A stretch of DNA of 60,536 bases, filler included, from Pseudomonadota bacterium (GCA_040387495.1; 4 parts of 4 records of this genome joined end to end with filler, not necessarily neighbours in it); one strand, 5' to 3'. Shown: positions 33,777-43,745, counted from the first letter of the whole stretch. Notes: a model not told the origin generated them from the letters alone. Numbers and translations: made by a program.

Positions 33777-34029
33777 TGATTTGTTATTCAGTTTCCCGAA
33801 TCAACCTGTACATTAATACAAAACAATTTGGCTTTCGTCAAGGATTTTTTATGGATTTCTGTAGGTTTTATTAAAAATGTAACAGTGTTGTTCATAATTT
33901 TCATTTTTTATGCAGCAGATAGAGAAAAATTGCTTGATGTCTAAGTCCCGATATGTTTCGATAGATTAATTAAGTGTTTTAATTAAATCTTAGCGATTTT
34001 TTTCGCTATTTCAGAAAGGGAATATATAT

Positions 34030-34878
34030 ATGAAAAAGATAATTACGTTGGCTGCTATGTTAGCTGCAGCTCCAATGTTTGTATTTGCAAGTGCACAAAA
34101 GAATGAAGTATCTATCAAAGTTGTGGGTAAGAATGAATCATTCACGACTATTGCCAATAAAAATGAACCACATACTGCGGTGCCAGTTATAAAAAATGAT
34201 AAAAATCATCATGATAATATAGCACATGATGCTGCAAAGAAAACCGTACAGAAAACACAAGCTGAATATGCAGCGGAACTTCAAAAAAGAATAGATGATG
34301 CTAAAGCTTTTATTGAAAAAAATAAAAGCTCAGCCCCTGCATTACAGTTTGAACAAGCGTCAATGAAAATTCGCGTCGCTGAGGAATGGTTGAAAGCGAT
34401 TAAATCATACAAAGACCCAATTACGCGTTATGTCCGTAGCTTTAATTATGGTATGAGCGAAGCGAAGTCGGCTGAAAATGACATGAAAGTTCGCAAAGCT
34501 GGAAAAGAAGTAACGGACGATTTCGTTAAAAAAGGGTTAGCTAAGTTATCAAAACAAAGTGAAGTATTGCTTGCTGAAAAGAAAAAATTTACATTTCATG
34601 ATGAAAATGACACATGTTTTAACACGATGCTAAAATCTTCGCTTGAATACATTACACTTGCTAATAAGCCTGAATCTAAAGCGAATTTCAAGCATCTCAC
34701 AAAACGTGCACGTAGATATTTGTCAGATGCAAGAAAGTTTTTGAAAGCACACAAAGCACTTAGCAATAAACGCGCAAAGCATGAAGTGAAGGTTGAAGTT
34801 AAACCAGAAATAAGAGCAGATGTTAAGGTTGCTCCAGCAACTCTTGGATCCTCTGCCGCATCCGTTTTTGTTAAATAA
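34030..34878 (+). CDS. Secreted Lys-rich helical hypothetical protein
   Basis: Signal peptide, RBS AAGGG, downstream terminator. Confidence 0.8.
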   Translation: MKKIITLAAMLAAAPMFVFASAQKNEVSIKVVGKNESFTTIANKNEPHTAVPVIKNDKNHHDNIAHDAAKKTVQKTQAEYAAELQKRIDDAKAFIEKNKSSAPALQFEQASMKIRVAEEWLKAIKSYKDPITRYVRSFNYGMSEAKSAENDMKVRKAGKEVTDDFVKKGLAKLSKQSEVLLAEKKKFTFHDENDTCFNTMLKSSLEYITLANKPESKANFKHLTKRARRYLSDARKFLKAHKALSNKRAKHEVKVEVKPEIRADVKVAPATLGSSAASVFVK

Positions 34879-34900
34879 TAAAAATATTTCAAACTAAATT

Positions 34901-34934
34901 AAAGGCGCATCTTTTAAGGTGTGCCTATTTTTTT
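34901..34934 (+). terminator. Intrinsic terminator
   Basis: AGGCGCATC...GGTGTGCCT stem plus T-run. Confidence 0.65.
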
Positions 34935-34967
34935 CTGTGTTTATGTAAATTTTCTAAGGTTATTGTG

Positions 34968-35467
34968 GGTTCTGTCGCAAATTTTTGAATAACTATAATT
35001 AGTCTCTTTCTTGAAATATAATTATGCTGCGAGAGCATAGAACTGCTCCCAAGCAGGCAGTGACCCTTTGATCATATTTTGTCCTTTCCGAAGCATGTGA
35101 TAAAGTTCAATTCCGGCAAGCGTGGCTTCTGCACACATAAAATTCTTAAAGCCCATCATGGGATTAGTAATGCGTTTGATCCCTCGATGATCTTGTTCAA
35201 TCATGTTATTGAGATATTTGACCTGACGAATTACAATCTGCTCCGTGTCAGTCAATTCTCGATTAACGTGTTGTATACCGGCCAAATTAGCGCCACTTTT
35301 ATCCATATTAACCTTTGAAGGAACCCCGCTACTCTTGATTGCTTTCTCGAAAAAAGTAAGCGCTGCCTTGGTGTCACGTGTTTTTGACAAATAGAAATCG
35401 ATTGTTTGGCCTTCTTTATCAACGGCGCGATAATAGTAAACCCATTCTCCTTTGACTTTAATGTAAG
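34968..35467 (-). mobile_element. IS6-family element copy A, 3' half only
   Basis: IR GGTTCTGTCGCAAA at 34968; transposase YIKVKG...YALAA; begins exactly at the intron 3' splice junction. Confidence 0.9.
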
Positions 35468-35488
35468 GGTGAGTAGACCGAGAGAATT
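35468..35488 (-). mobile_element. Group II intron 3'-terminal remnant (domain VI)
   Basis: Minus strand AATTCTCTCGGTCTACTCACC joined to exon CTTACATT; truncated by IS6 copy B. Confidence 0.75.
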
Positions 35489-36287
35489 GGCTCTGTCGCA
35501 AATTTTTGAGATTTTTTGATAAAGTAAGATGAATTGAATTTAGAAATAGTAATTTGCTATGAATTTCAAAGGTTCTCATTTTCCAAAAGATGTCATTTTA
35601 ATGTCAATGCGCTGGTACCTTGCGTATCCGTTAAGTTATCGACATGTTGAAGAATTGTTAGCAGAGCGTGGCCTAAGTGTTGATCATGCAACCGTTAATC
35701 GTTGGGTTGTTAAACATTCACCTACTCTTGAATCCAAATTTAGAAATACCAAGAAAGCGGTTGGTAAAAGTTGGCGGATGGATGAGACGTACATTAAAGT
35801 CAAAGGCGAATGGGTTTATTATTATCGTGCCGTTGATAAAGAAGGCCAAACAATTGATTTCTTTTTATCCAAAACACGTGACACCCAAGCAGCGCTTAAT
35901 TTCTTCAACAAAGCAATCAACAGCAGCGGACAACCAGAAAAGGTTAATATGGATAAAAGTGGCGCTAATTTGGCAAGTTTAAAACTCGTTAATAAGGAAT
36001 TACCTGACACGGAGCAAATTGTGATTCGTCAAGTGAAATACCTCAATAACATGATTGAACAAGATCATCGAGGGATCAAACGCATTACTAATCCCATGCT
36101 GGGGTTTAAGAATTTTCTTTGTGCAGAAGCCACGCTTGCCGGAATTGAACTTTACCACATGCTTAGGAAAGGACAAAATAAAGTCAAAGGAACATTGCCA
36201 ACATGGAAGCAGTTCTATGCTCTAGCAGTGTAATTATATTTCAAAGATGAGATTCATTATAACTGTTTGAGAATTTGCGACAAAACC
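35489..36287 (+). mobile_element. IS6-family element copy B, complete (799 bp)
   Basis: IRs GGCTCTGTCGCAAA and TTTGCGACAAAACC; no matching flanking direct repeat. Confidence 0.95.
35559..36233 (+). CDS. IS6-family DDE transposase
   Basis: WRMDETYIKVKG, YRAVD, DKSGAN, NNMIEQDHR. Confidence 0.95.
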   Translation: MNFKGSHFPKDVILMSMRWYLAYPLSYRHVEELLAERGLSVDHATVNRWVVKHSPTLESKFRNTKKAVGKSWRMDETYIKVKGEWVYYYRAVDKEGQTIDFFLSKTRDTQAALNFFNKAINSSGQPEKVNMDKSGANLASLKLVNKELPDTEQIVIRQVKYLNNMIEQDHRGIKRITNPMLGFKNFLCAEATLAGIELYHMLRKGQNKVKGTLPTWKQFYALAV

Positions 36288-37374
36288 TTGATTATTGCCA
36301 GCTACCAAGGTCATGAAGAGATAGTGCGTATGTTAATTGATAATGCTTCTAATCCTTTGTACAGATCGCCGACTGAACTTGGTGAAGGTACTGCCTTTCA
36401 TTATGCGCTTCAACAAGATCATCAAAGCATCAGCCAATATTTATATAACATTTCGGCAGAGAAAAAAGCCATTGAAACACAAAAAGATTTAAAGGATGCG
36501 GCTGAGTCGCTTTCAAACCTACACGAAACAATAGAAAGTCTTTCACAAAAAGTTGGCACGCTAGAGCAAAAAGATACAACGCAAAGGGAGCAATTGAATG
36601 CACTTGTTACAGAAACATTCTTCTTTGTGGAAGGTTTATTCGCTAAAAGAATCAAGGGACAAGGAAAGAGGTGCTTTCAAAGAACATCCAAGTGTAAAAG
36701 CCTTTTATGAAACGGTAGAGCGCCGTTTAATCCAACTTTTTCTAGCTTACAAAGTCCTCGATACTGGAATGATTCAACGAACAGGGACCAAATCTGATAC
36801 GCTTGCCACAAGTATAAATCTTCTTGGAACAGCTGTTTCGATACCATTTATATCATTGGTAACATCTGCTATTTCATCAAGCATTTTGTATTTAAACGAT
36901 CGTTCAGAAAATCGGCACATTCAATTCATAGCCAAGCTTGCCGGTAATATTACAACACTTGAAGAAGAAGCTGACACGGCAGTACGCTTACTAAGTCATA
37001 CCTATACAAATCAAATTCAGCATTTAACCGTCAACGGATCTACCAAGTTAGCCGAGTGCGCTGTGCTGCGCTTTCTTAAATATATGCATGGTAAACATGT
37101 TCACGATGGCCTTGCGCTGACACCTCAAATAATAAGCACTGTGGCTACTTTTAAAGTACACCTAGGATCAATCCCCTATACAGATAAAAAAATCGAAACA
37201 GTGCAGATCAAATCTACGAAATGGACTGATAAAGGTATTTTCCAAGATACAGGTATTGTCACACCCGATGAACGTTTCTTTATTTATCCAGGGTCAAACA
37301 AGTACAAACATTATCCCTTTCGAAATGGCACTGAATCAGACACAGATACATTCGGCTATATACATCTTTCTTAG
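36288..37374 (+). pseudogene. Ankyrin-repeat protein, 5'-truncated by IS6 and frameshifted near 36610
   Basis: LIIASYQGHEEIVRMLID and TAFHYALQQDHQSISQYL ankyrin repeats; coiled coil; continues in 36598..37374 frame. Confidence 0.7.
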
Positions 37375-37404
37375 CGTAATTACGCACTAAACAGGATTTA
37401 AAAA

Positions 37405-38145
37405 ATGAAACAATCATTCATCAGAAAAATTACAACGTGCCTCTTGTTAAGCGGAATGAACAACTTCTCTTGGTCTATGGAAAGTAGGTATAAAGTTGGT
37501 GATTGGGAAAATGAATCTATTAGCAGCCATGGTATTTCTATGGTTGCCTCGTCCATTGGCAACTCTACATTTAAAGAAACACGTTTGGTTGATATAAAAG
37601 ATCTACGAAAATGTTTTTTTAAAGGATGGCTAGAGATTACTGCTGATAACTTTGAATGTATGTTGCAGTATGCTGATTTGCATGAAACAGCTTTTAATAA
37701 TTATGACCGTGGGATTTTTATTAAACAGTGGAAGGCATCTTTAGGTGCAGAGCAATTATTAGATTTGCTCTTCAAATTCACGCATATCACTAAATTCAAA
37801 CTTGATGTTGTCTGGGATACTGAGAATGCAGATATAGCTGAAACCATCAGTCGAAGTGTCCAGTTCTTTCCAAGCCTTGTTGAATTAACAATAGCAAAGT
37901 GTCATTTAACAGACGATGGCATGAGTGATATCATGGAGTGCATTGAAAATCCTGCATCACTAAAGATTTTAGATATTAGGAAAAGTCCTTTGAGTGAAAC
38001 TATGTTGCCAAGAATTAGTGAATTCTTTGGCAGTTTGATTGATTTGAAAACTGATTTAGGAAAAGAGAATAGCAAAGTTGTTAGTTCCGTTGTTAGTAAT
38101 TCTGTCACTACATCTGTTGATGACGTTTTTGACAAAGGGATATGA
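37405..38145 (+). CDS. Secreted protein with leucine-rich repeats
   Basis: Signal-like N-terminus; LVELTIAKCHLTDDG and LKILDIRKSPL RI-like LRR units. Confidence 0.7.
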   Translation: MKQSFIRKITTCLLLSGMNNFSWSMESRYKVGDWENESISSHGISMVASSIGNSTFKETRLVDIKDLRKCFFKGWLEITADNFECMLQYADLHETAFNNYDRGIFIKQWKASLGAEQLLDLLFKFTHITKFKLDVVWDTENADIAETISRSVQFFPSLVELTIAKCHLTDDGMSDIMECIENPASLKILDIRKSPLSETMLPRISEFFGSLIDLKTDLGKENSKVVSSVVSNSVTTSVDDVFDKGI

Positions 38146-39776
38146 TGATTCAACTTGAGAAAGAGATTCAATCTCCTTATGAAGAGAATGAATCTAAACG
38201 AGCGACGTATCGACTCATGATAAAACTAAGCATGAAAGATTTATTGGCAGAGGTAGAACCTTATCAAAATATAATTGAATCGTATAAAGATTCTTTGCAA
38301 AAAGAATACAGACCCGTGCGTTTCTCTATACCGCTTCTGCTGCAGCCTGATCAATGGAAAGATAGGGTGATGTTAGAAGAAAATGAAGTTGAAACCTTGC
38401 ATGAAATTTATATGGTACTCGATAAGAATGAAAAATATTGTAAGTTTGAAGAAGATTGGAATCTTCAGGAAAGTAGAAAAAAATCTGCAAGGAGTGGCAC
38501 CCTTGATATCAGGCATAAGCTAACAACTCAACAGCATAAAGAAAATATGGTCACGCTGCTAGAACTTATTAGAAGAGTGATAAATGTAAATTCTCAAAAT
38601 GCAGTAAATGAGGTGACTACAGTTATGCCAGATCAAACGACTTTGCTTGAAATAGATACTGCAAATGCTGTCGCCAAAGCTCAATTTCAGAACTTACCAT
38701 TTTTTATTTCCCATGCTGATGAATTGCTACTTACAAAGCCAACGAATGTTAATGAGAAACAATCATTAATAGGTAAAAACACTATTAACTCGACTAAGAA
38801 ATCAAAAAAGAAGAATGCTGTTATTGATCTAGCCCAAGTAGTACCAACGGAAGAATGGTTGGCAGCTGAAAGAATTAGAAGACGGCCTGAGTTTGATCAG
38901 ATGCTTATAAAAACAGGCATTAATTTCACTCATGGATCACCTGCTATACAAGAAAAGCTTATTCCAATCTATGAAAATAAAACAATTTATAGACAGCAAC
39001 AGCAAGATGTAACAAGTAAATTGTTATCTGTTGAAACAGAAGATTTAACATTATCGCCAATGCATTTTTACCCTAGGGGATCTTCTGAAGGATTACCTTC
39101 TCACGTGTTAAATGCTTCCATGCTATGGGTTCTACCTACAGCTTTAAAAATGAATACTAAAATTAGACATCTTCATTTGAATGACTTTCAACTAGAGTCA
39201 AATCATTTTTCTGTGGGTGGCTATCGTGATGTTTGCAAAGAATCGTTAGCTGATGCTGTAACATGCAATCAGAATATCCAGACGCTCCACTTAACAAATA
39301 TTCACGTTGGCTGCGATTTGATTTCTCATTTTCTTGTGCCAGTCATAAATGGTAACAAATCAATTCATACAATTGAAGTACATAATGCAGATGTGCTGGG
39401 TAATAATAAGGAGGCATCTACACAAACAATTCATGGAATACAATCGCTTCAAAAAGGTGCTTTAGCTGCCGCATTATTAGCAAATATTCTTCAAAATGAT
39501 GAAACAATATTAAAACTTGGTATAGGTGGTAATGGAATTGGCGATGCAGGAGCAATATCCTTCGCACAAATGTTAAACACAAACCATACATTAGTTGAGC
39601 TTGAACTTAGTAATAATTGGATAGGAGATGTTGGAGTGGAGGCACTAGTGCATGCTCTTTATAAAAATAAAACTTTAAAAGTAATTAATCTTGGAGGTAA
39701 TGAAATTAATGAAAAAAATAAAAATGCAATTGAGAAAATGCGTGCTGTGAATACATTAGTCAAGGTTTTAATTTAA
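38142..39776 (+). CDS. Eukaryote-like (RI/NLR-type) LRR protein
   Basis: 28-aa units: LGIGGNGIGDAGAISFAQMLNTNHTLVELELSNNWIGDVGVEALVHALYKNKTLKVINLGGNEI. Confidence 0.82.
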   Translation: MMIQLEKEIQSPYEENESKRATYRLMIKLSMKDLLAEVEPYQNIIESYKDSLQKEYRPVRFSIPLLLQPDQWKDRVMLEENEVETLHEIYMVLDKNEKYCKFEEDWNLQESRKKSARSGTLDIRHKLTTQQHKENMVTLLELIRRVINVNSQNAVNEVTTVMPDQTTLLEIDTANAVAKAQFQNLPFFISHADELLLTKPTNVNEKQSLIGKNTINSTKKSKKKNAVIDLAQVVPTEEWLAAERIRRRPEFDQMLIKTGINFTHGSPAIQEKLIPIYENKTIYRQQQQDVTSKLLSVETEDLTLSPMHFYPRGSSEGLPSHVLNASMLWVLPTALKMNTKIRHLHLNDFQLESNHFSVGGYRDVCKESLADAVTCNQNIQTLHLTNIHVGCDLISHFLVPVINGNKSIHTIEVHNADVLGNNKEASTQTIHGIQSLQKGALAAALLANILQNDETILKLGIGGNGIGDAGAISFAQMLNTNHTLVELELSNNWIGDVGVEALVHALYKNKTLKVINLGGNEINEKNKNAIEKMRAVNTLVKVLI

Positions 39777-39817
39777 CTAAAAACGATAATAAAATTATTT
39801 AAACATTGTTTGTGAAG

Positions 39818-40020
39818 TGGACAATGCATACTTTCTCGCAATGGGTGGCTTCTCTCTTAGTGAAGTTGTAGATCTTTTGAAAGAAAACATTTATATACAC
39901 ACAGCATTACCAACACTAAATTCCCACACACAGATGTAGCTTAGTTCATCGAGGCTCTTAAAAGAAATAGTACGGTTCAAGAGATTTGGTCCGAGGGCAA
40001 CCCTAGCCATAAATAGGCTT
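39818..40020 (+). pseudogene. Degraded LRR gene remnant
   Basis: Fragments GGFSLSEVVDLLKENIYI and FIEALKRNSTVQEIWSEGNP, broken by stops. Confidence 0.4.
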
Positions 40021-40164
40021 ATATTTATGATATTAGTCTCATTCTTGCAGGTCGTAAATAAAGCAAGCTGGAGAACACTTATAGAGTTTTGATTAAGAAA
40101 AATGGCATAGGGCCATCTAGGCCAAAATACCCCTAATAAAGAAATAATTTAAATTAGAAAATGG

Positions 40165-40591
40165 CTATTTCTTAGCAATTCCCAATTTTTCCTTAATCAT
40201 ATCCAATTCCTCTGCATTGCATTTCTGTATCGATAACCCTTTAGATTCTACTAATTTGACCATCTCCTGTGCTTCCTCTAATGAGAGCTCGAATCGCCAA
40301 CCTGACTTACTATAGCTGTCATTGCTGTGTTGATATCGGTCTGTGTATGTAGGTTCTTGATAGCATCACTCTTCACAAACGTTTGTGCTTTAAGCGCTGG
40401 CATCACCCGATCGAGTACAAGCTTAGATGCAGCCAGATCACCTGCTAATGCGAGTTCTATCACCTTCTTTAAAATTGCCTCGGCATTGTCACTGCCAATT
40501 CGTTCCAAAAACACTTGGGCATTATTTTTACTACCCATTGGGCGCCTTTACCAAACTGGTTTCCTGGTTGAAACGCATGTGATTTTTGCAT
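40165..40591 (-). pseudogene. Phage-associated DUF5681-like protein with two frameshifts
   Basis: MQKSHAFQPGNQFGKG / RPMGSKNN...ALAGDLAASKLVLDRV / ELSLEEAQEMVKLVE...K*. Confidence 0.55.
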
Positions 40592-40700
40592 GAAAGAGGT
40601 TCCTTTTATAAGATTGCGTTTATCGTTAATTTCTTGTTATTAGACGCTGTTGCTGCGTTCAAATCGCATTCTGCAGGATCTTTAAACTATTAGAATTATA

Positions 40701-40998
40701 GGTTCTGTCGCAAAATTTTACGATTTTTGATAAAGTAAGATGAATTGAATTTTGAAACAGTGATTTGCTATGAATTTCAAAGGGTCTCATTTTCCAAAAG
40801 ATGTCATTTTAATGTCAATGCGCTGGTACATTGCGTATCCGTTAAGCTATAGACACGTGGAAGAATTATTAGCAGAGCGTGGCCTAAGTGTTGACCATGC
40901 AACCGTTAATCGTTGGGTTATTAAGCATTCACCTACGTTTGAATCCAAGTTTAGAAACACCAAGAAAGCGGTTGGTGAAAGTTGGCGGATGGATGAGA
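40701..40998 (+). mobile_element. IS6-family element copy C, 5' half, interrupted by group II intron
   Basis: IR at 40701; transposase from 40770 to WRMDE, then non-IS sequence. Confidence 0.92.
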
Positions 40999-41640
40999 GT
41001 GTGCCGTAGCAAGCTGTATGGAAGATGGAAGTAGGCCTTCCGTAGCCGGTTTACAGGAACAGGCTACAAACCACCATAAGCGGCTTTGTTTAAGAGGCAT
41101 TGTCGTGAGCGTTATGGAAAAGGCGCCACAAGGCGTCAGGTGCGGATCAAGAAGACGAACAAACGTGAACCACCGTACACGTGCCGAAAGACTCAAATGA
41201 TGTCAAAACTGGAGATGTTTCGTTACTCCAGGACAAAGATTAGCGGAAACCTATTTACTGGCTAGTTGGCATCCGGCATAGAGGTGGCGTGAGCTTGATC
41301 TAGGCTTTCATGCGGAACTACGGGAACCTGTCGCTTTGATGATAAGGGAGAAATTCAAGTGGATAACACCACAAGAATGAGAGTACCAAAGCAAAGCACA
41401 GGGACGGACAAGCCCGTAGGAGCGATGAAGTCATTGTAATAATGATGGAGCAAAGGGGCTTGGCTATTCAGTTGGAACGATTGAACAACTTTTTAATAAG
41501 AGGAGGAATCAATGGAACCAACAAAACCATTTAGCATTGATAAAATGCTTGTTTGGCAAGCATATCAAGACGTTAAACAAAAAGGAGGCGCTGCCGGAAT
41601 TGATGAAGAAACGATTAAAGATTTTGAGGAAAACCTAAAA
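40999..41640 (+). mobile_element. Group II intron 5' part (RmInt1-like, IIB/class D)
   Basis: GTGTG 5' end after GATGAGA; EBS1 stem-loop CTGGAG-ATGTTTCGTTA-CTCCAG (41209-41231); RT ORF start. Confidence 0.9.
41512..41640 (+). pseudogene. Intron-encoded reverse transcriptase/maturase N-terminus, interrupted
   Basis: RBS GAGGAGG; MEPTKPFSIDKMLVWQAYQDVKQKGGAAGIDEETIKDFEENLK (RT0 motif). Confidence 0.85.
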
Positions 41641-41693
41641 ACCTCAATTCGGGATTAAAAAATCAAACGAGATAGAAGGTTTTTTGGATTTAA
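41641..41693 (-). mobile_element. IS982-like element right end at contig edge
   Basis: Minus strand KSKKPSISFDFLIPN* with CCCGAATTGAGGT terminus; identical to 59147-59199. Confidence 0.7.
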
Positions 41694-41793
41694 NNNNNNN
41701 NNNNNNNNNNNNNNNNNNNNNNNNNNNNNNNNNNNNNTTAATTAATTAANNNNNNNNNNNNNNNNNNNNNNNNNNNNNNNNNNNNNNNNNNNN
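41694..41793. other. Artificial contig linker
   Basis: N-run with TTAATTAATTAA. Confidence 0.98.
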
Positions 41794-41832
41794 GAATCAC
41801 GAGTAAAGAATTAAAATTAATATTGCATTTTA

Positions 41833-41847
41833 TTAAGTTTTAATTAA
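41833..41847. promoter_or_regulatory. CtrA-type box
   Basis: TTAA-GTTTTAA-TTAA upstream of 41908. Confidence 0.35.
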
Positions 41848-41907
41848 AATAAAATTTACAAGCCTCTTTTTGCACTAGAGATTGCATTTATCAAGAAAGG
41901 AAGTTCT

Positions 41908-42480
41908 ATGAAAATAATCTATATACTTACAGGTGTATTCTTAACAACCATGGCTCACAGTAGTAGTGAATGGGATGAATCTTCAGAAGGAAGATTAAAA
42001 GTTGAGAAAAATTGCTCAACCCTTGATATACCTCAAGCAACAACATTCACTTCAACATACACTTCCACTATTAACAGTCCACCTCCAAGTTACGTGTACA
42101 ATATTCATGGAGCACAAACTCAAATCAATGAATATTTATTCCATATTCAATACTCAATCAACGGTAAAGGAGAAAAAAAATTCATCCATACAACTTTTAA
42201 TAAATTAACTATATATTCTATTTATTCTTTGTCAAATGCCATAGATTTCAAAAAGATAATAAATAATAGTGTGTTAAAAATTTCTCCTTATTTATTGGAT
42301 GGAACATATCCTGCAGGTATAATAAAATATATTCTTTTGAAAACAAAGGAAGGCATCACAGGTAATAAACCTATTCTTGATCGAAGTGTTCCTTATGCAG
42401 AATTTATGAAGCTTACGTTATCAGAGGATAGAAGAGATTTAATTCTTACATTAAATTTGGCAGAAGAACTTACAGTTTAA
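41908..42480 (+). CDS. Secreted hypothetical protein
   Basis: RBS AAGGAAG; signal peptide ending AHS; Thr/Ser-rich linker. Confidence 0.72.
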   Translation: MKIIYILTGVFLTTMAHSSSEWDESSEGRLKVEKNCSTLDIPQATTFTSTYTSTINSPPPSYVYNIHGAQTQINEYLFHIQYSINGKGEKKFIHTTFNKLTIYSIYSLSNAIDFKKIINNSVLKISPYLLDGTYPAGIIKYILLKTKEGITGNKPILDRSVPYAEFMKLTLSEDRRDLILTLNLAEELTV

Positions 42481-42595
42481 TGAACATCCCCGCCGCAAGC
42501 AGCGGGGTATCAAGTGAGCATCATTTTAGGGATGGGCTTACTTATGAAGACAATTCGCCGCAAGCAGTAGGGAATTTAACCCATCCGGGATTAAA
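42481..42595. mobile_element. Non-autonomous IS200/IS605-like twin-hairpin element
   Basis: CCCCGCCGCAAGCAGCGGGG (42488-42507) and CGCCGCAAGCAGTAGGGAATTTAACCC...GATTAAA (42556-42595); no ORF between. Confidence 0.6.
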
Positions 42596-42713
42596 GATGT
42601 TTTGAATTTTATGATTATAGGGCGGGGTATATCTAACTAGATATATCCCTTATTCGTTATATCTGTTAAACTTTTGAAAATATTAATTTTAATTCTTCTC
42701 TGGAGATAACATC

Positions 42714-43331
42714 ATGTTTGAATTACCCCCACTCCCATATGCAAAAAACGCACTTGAGCCGCACATCACGGCGAATACGTTATCTTTTCATCACGAAAAG
42801 CACCACCAGGCTTATGTGACTAATTTAAACAATCTTATCCCAAACACAGAATTTGCATCACTCTCTCTTGAAGAAATTATCGTAAAATCAGCTGGCTCCC
42901 CAAGTCACGCAGCCATCTTTAACAATGCAGCACAAGTTTGGAATCACACATTCTATTGGAATTGCATGCAAGCAAATGGTGGCGGCAAGCCAACAGACGC
43001 GTTAGCAGAACAAATCACACGTGACTTTGGTTCATTTGATACATTTCGCAATGATTTAAAACAAGCGGCACTCACACAATTTGGTAGTGGTTGGGCATGG
43101 CTTGTCATGACTGCCGAGGGCAACCTTGCTATCACAAAAACTGCTAATGCTGACTGTCCAATGGTTCATGGACAAACGGCTCTACTTACCATCGATGTGT
43201 GGGAGCATGCGTACTACCTTGATTATCAAAATCGCCGCGCCGATTATGCTGACGTATTTTTAAACCATCTCGTAAATTGGGATTTTGTCGTTGCTAATTT
43301 TGAAAAAGCGCTCGCGTTAAAAGCTGCTTGA
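42714..43331 (+). CDS. sodB: Superoxide dismutase, probably Fe type
   Basis: HHEKHH, NNAAQVWNHTFYW, QFGSGWAW, DVWEHAYY. Confidence 0.95.
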   Translation: MFELPPLPYAKNALEPHITANTLSFHHEKHHQAYVTNLNNLIPNTEFASLSLEEIIVKSAGSPSHAAIFNNAAQVWNHTFYWNCMQANGGGKPTDALAEQITRDFGSFDTFRNDLKQAALTQFGSGWAWLVMTAEGNLAITKTANADCPMVHGQTALLTIDVWEHAYYLDYQNRRADYADVFLNHLVNWDFVVANFEKALALKAA

Positions 43332-43732
43332 TGCTTACGAGTTTATTCTGCCTAGCTGCTGGTCTTGCTGTGTACCTTTCATGGCAAGACTGGCACACCC
43401 AATCTATACCAATGTTGGGGCTATTGGGCTGGCTTGCTGTATCTGTTTTATTGGCGTTTTATGGCAACCCATCCCTAATCGTATTTTGTGTATTGTCTGG
43501 AATGTCCCTAAGCATAGGTCTTTCTCAATATTTTAGCCAAGAAATATACATTGGTATCGCTGATTTAATCGTGTTGACATCACTTTCTGCATGGATTCAT
43601 GTGGCTCAACTACCCGTGTTGTTGATGTTATGCGGGGCGCTTGGAATTATTTCAGCTGTAGTTCTTAAAAACAAACGATTCCCTTTTTTGCCAGCGCTTT
43701 TTTTAGCCACAGCAATTGTTTATTTCCTTTAG
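43331..43732 (+). CDS. Prepilin peptidase A24-like membrane protein
   Basis: SWQDW...IP, IGIADL, RFPFLPAL; hydrophobic. Confidence 0.55.
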   Translation: MLTSLFCLAAGLAVYLSWQDWHTQSIPMLGLLGWLAVSVLLAFYGNPSLIVFCVLSGMSLSIGLSQYFSQEIYIGIADLIVLTSLSAWIHVAQLPVLLMLCGALGIISAVVLKNKRFPFLPALFLATAIVYFL

Positions 43733-43745
43733 ATGAGTAACTTTA

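Noticed and set aside
33701..34968. tRNA-Lys as integration site of the adjacent mobile cluster
   Set aside because: The cluster lies on the tRNA 5' side, and no duplicated tRNA 3' end or integrase is seen
35468..35579. N-terminus of ORF 35022..35579 (MRTFEIHS...)
   Set aside because: Chimeric read-through of IS6 copy B end and the intron remnant, not a real start
40951..41200. Small ORFs 40951..41196 and 41018..41200
   Set aside because: They fall within intron domain I RNA
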